Shown one piece after another: positions 63,434-64,000 of a stretch of DNA of 64,000 nt. How positions within the stretch are numbered: the stretch's first letter is position 1; the number at the start of each line of letters is the position of its first letter. Below the pieces are notes generated by a model, which searched no databases, was not told the DNA's origin, and saw only the letters and a list, made by a program, of their open reading frames with translations. This DNA is from Chiloscyllium plagiosum. Taxonomy: Eukaryota. A program made the position numbers and the translations under genes. The stretch lies in assembly GCF_004010195.1 (NCBI RefSeq), contig NC_057719.1, positions 12,927,727-12,991,726 of the forward strand, read 5' to 3'.

Positions 63434-64000
63434 ACAAGTTAGCGGCTGTTGGGAATGACGCATGGCAATAGGCTTATTTGTAGCTGGGATAATCCTGTGG
63501 CTGCTGTCCAAGGCTGTTACTCAGTCAATTATGGACCTCAGAAAAGGTGACCATGGGGCTTCCTGCACAGAATGTAATTCCATGGGAAATAAGAAGGCTG
63601 AGGTGTTTGGATTTTCCAACACCCTCCCTAAAAAATACTCTTTCCCACTCCCAGCTCGCCACCACCAGAGCAGATCTGCCTAGTGATTTGGTCTGGTTCA
63701 CTTCCTTGGTGTCAGCCAACCCTGTCTCTGGTTTGCACTCTAAGATCAATCATAAGATATTGGATAAAAAGCCCATTTCAATACTTGAGCCCAAAAGTCT
63801 TGGCTGACAGTCCACCACTACACTATGGGAGTACTACAGTGGTGGATGCACTGTTTCTCAGGTGTGACATTGAACTAATGCCCAGTCTGCACACTCTGGT
63901 GCATGAAATGTGATATAGAACAGTGGAGTACTCTCCCCAACCTGACCAATAAAAATCCCTTAATCAATATCACTAACCTCTTTTAGGGAAGGGCATCTGA

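Overview
Repeat-rich vertebrate genomic DNA, most likely a cartilaginous fish (shark), judged from HE1/V-SINE-type SINEs, CR1/L2 LINE relics and Penelope-like elements. Two genes face each other tail-to-tail. The first is the last two coding exons of an ACSS1-like acetyl-CoA synthetase (+, 1510-6840). The second is ABCD4, the lysosomal cobalamin ABC half-transporter (-). I traced its exons 1-17 by hand (47256 down to 13377, 1663 nt, all GT-AG and joining in frame); the last two exons were not found and probably lie in the 500-N gap at 11329-11828. The ABCD4 promoter is a CpG island with a periodic array of CRE-like sites and a CLEAR-type E-box. Most notable: (1) an inverted copy of ABCD4 exon 13 inside intron 15; (2) many hammerhead-ribozyme-bearing, Penelope-derived mini-elements, several palindromic and several with 13-17 bp target-site duplications (TSDs); (3) the ACSS1-like gene is probably the whole-genome-duplication paralogue missing from the human VSX2-ABCD4 interval; (4) a spacer-less 84-bp palindrome in intron 2. 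I see no evidence for a wholly new protein-coding system. Most long ORFs in the track are transposon frames, N-gap artefacts or low-complexity sequence. Repeat-family names and human comparisons come from recall, not database searches.
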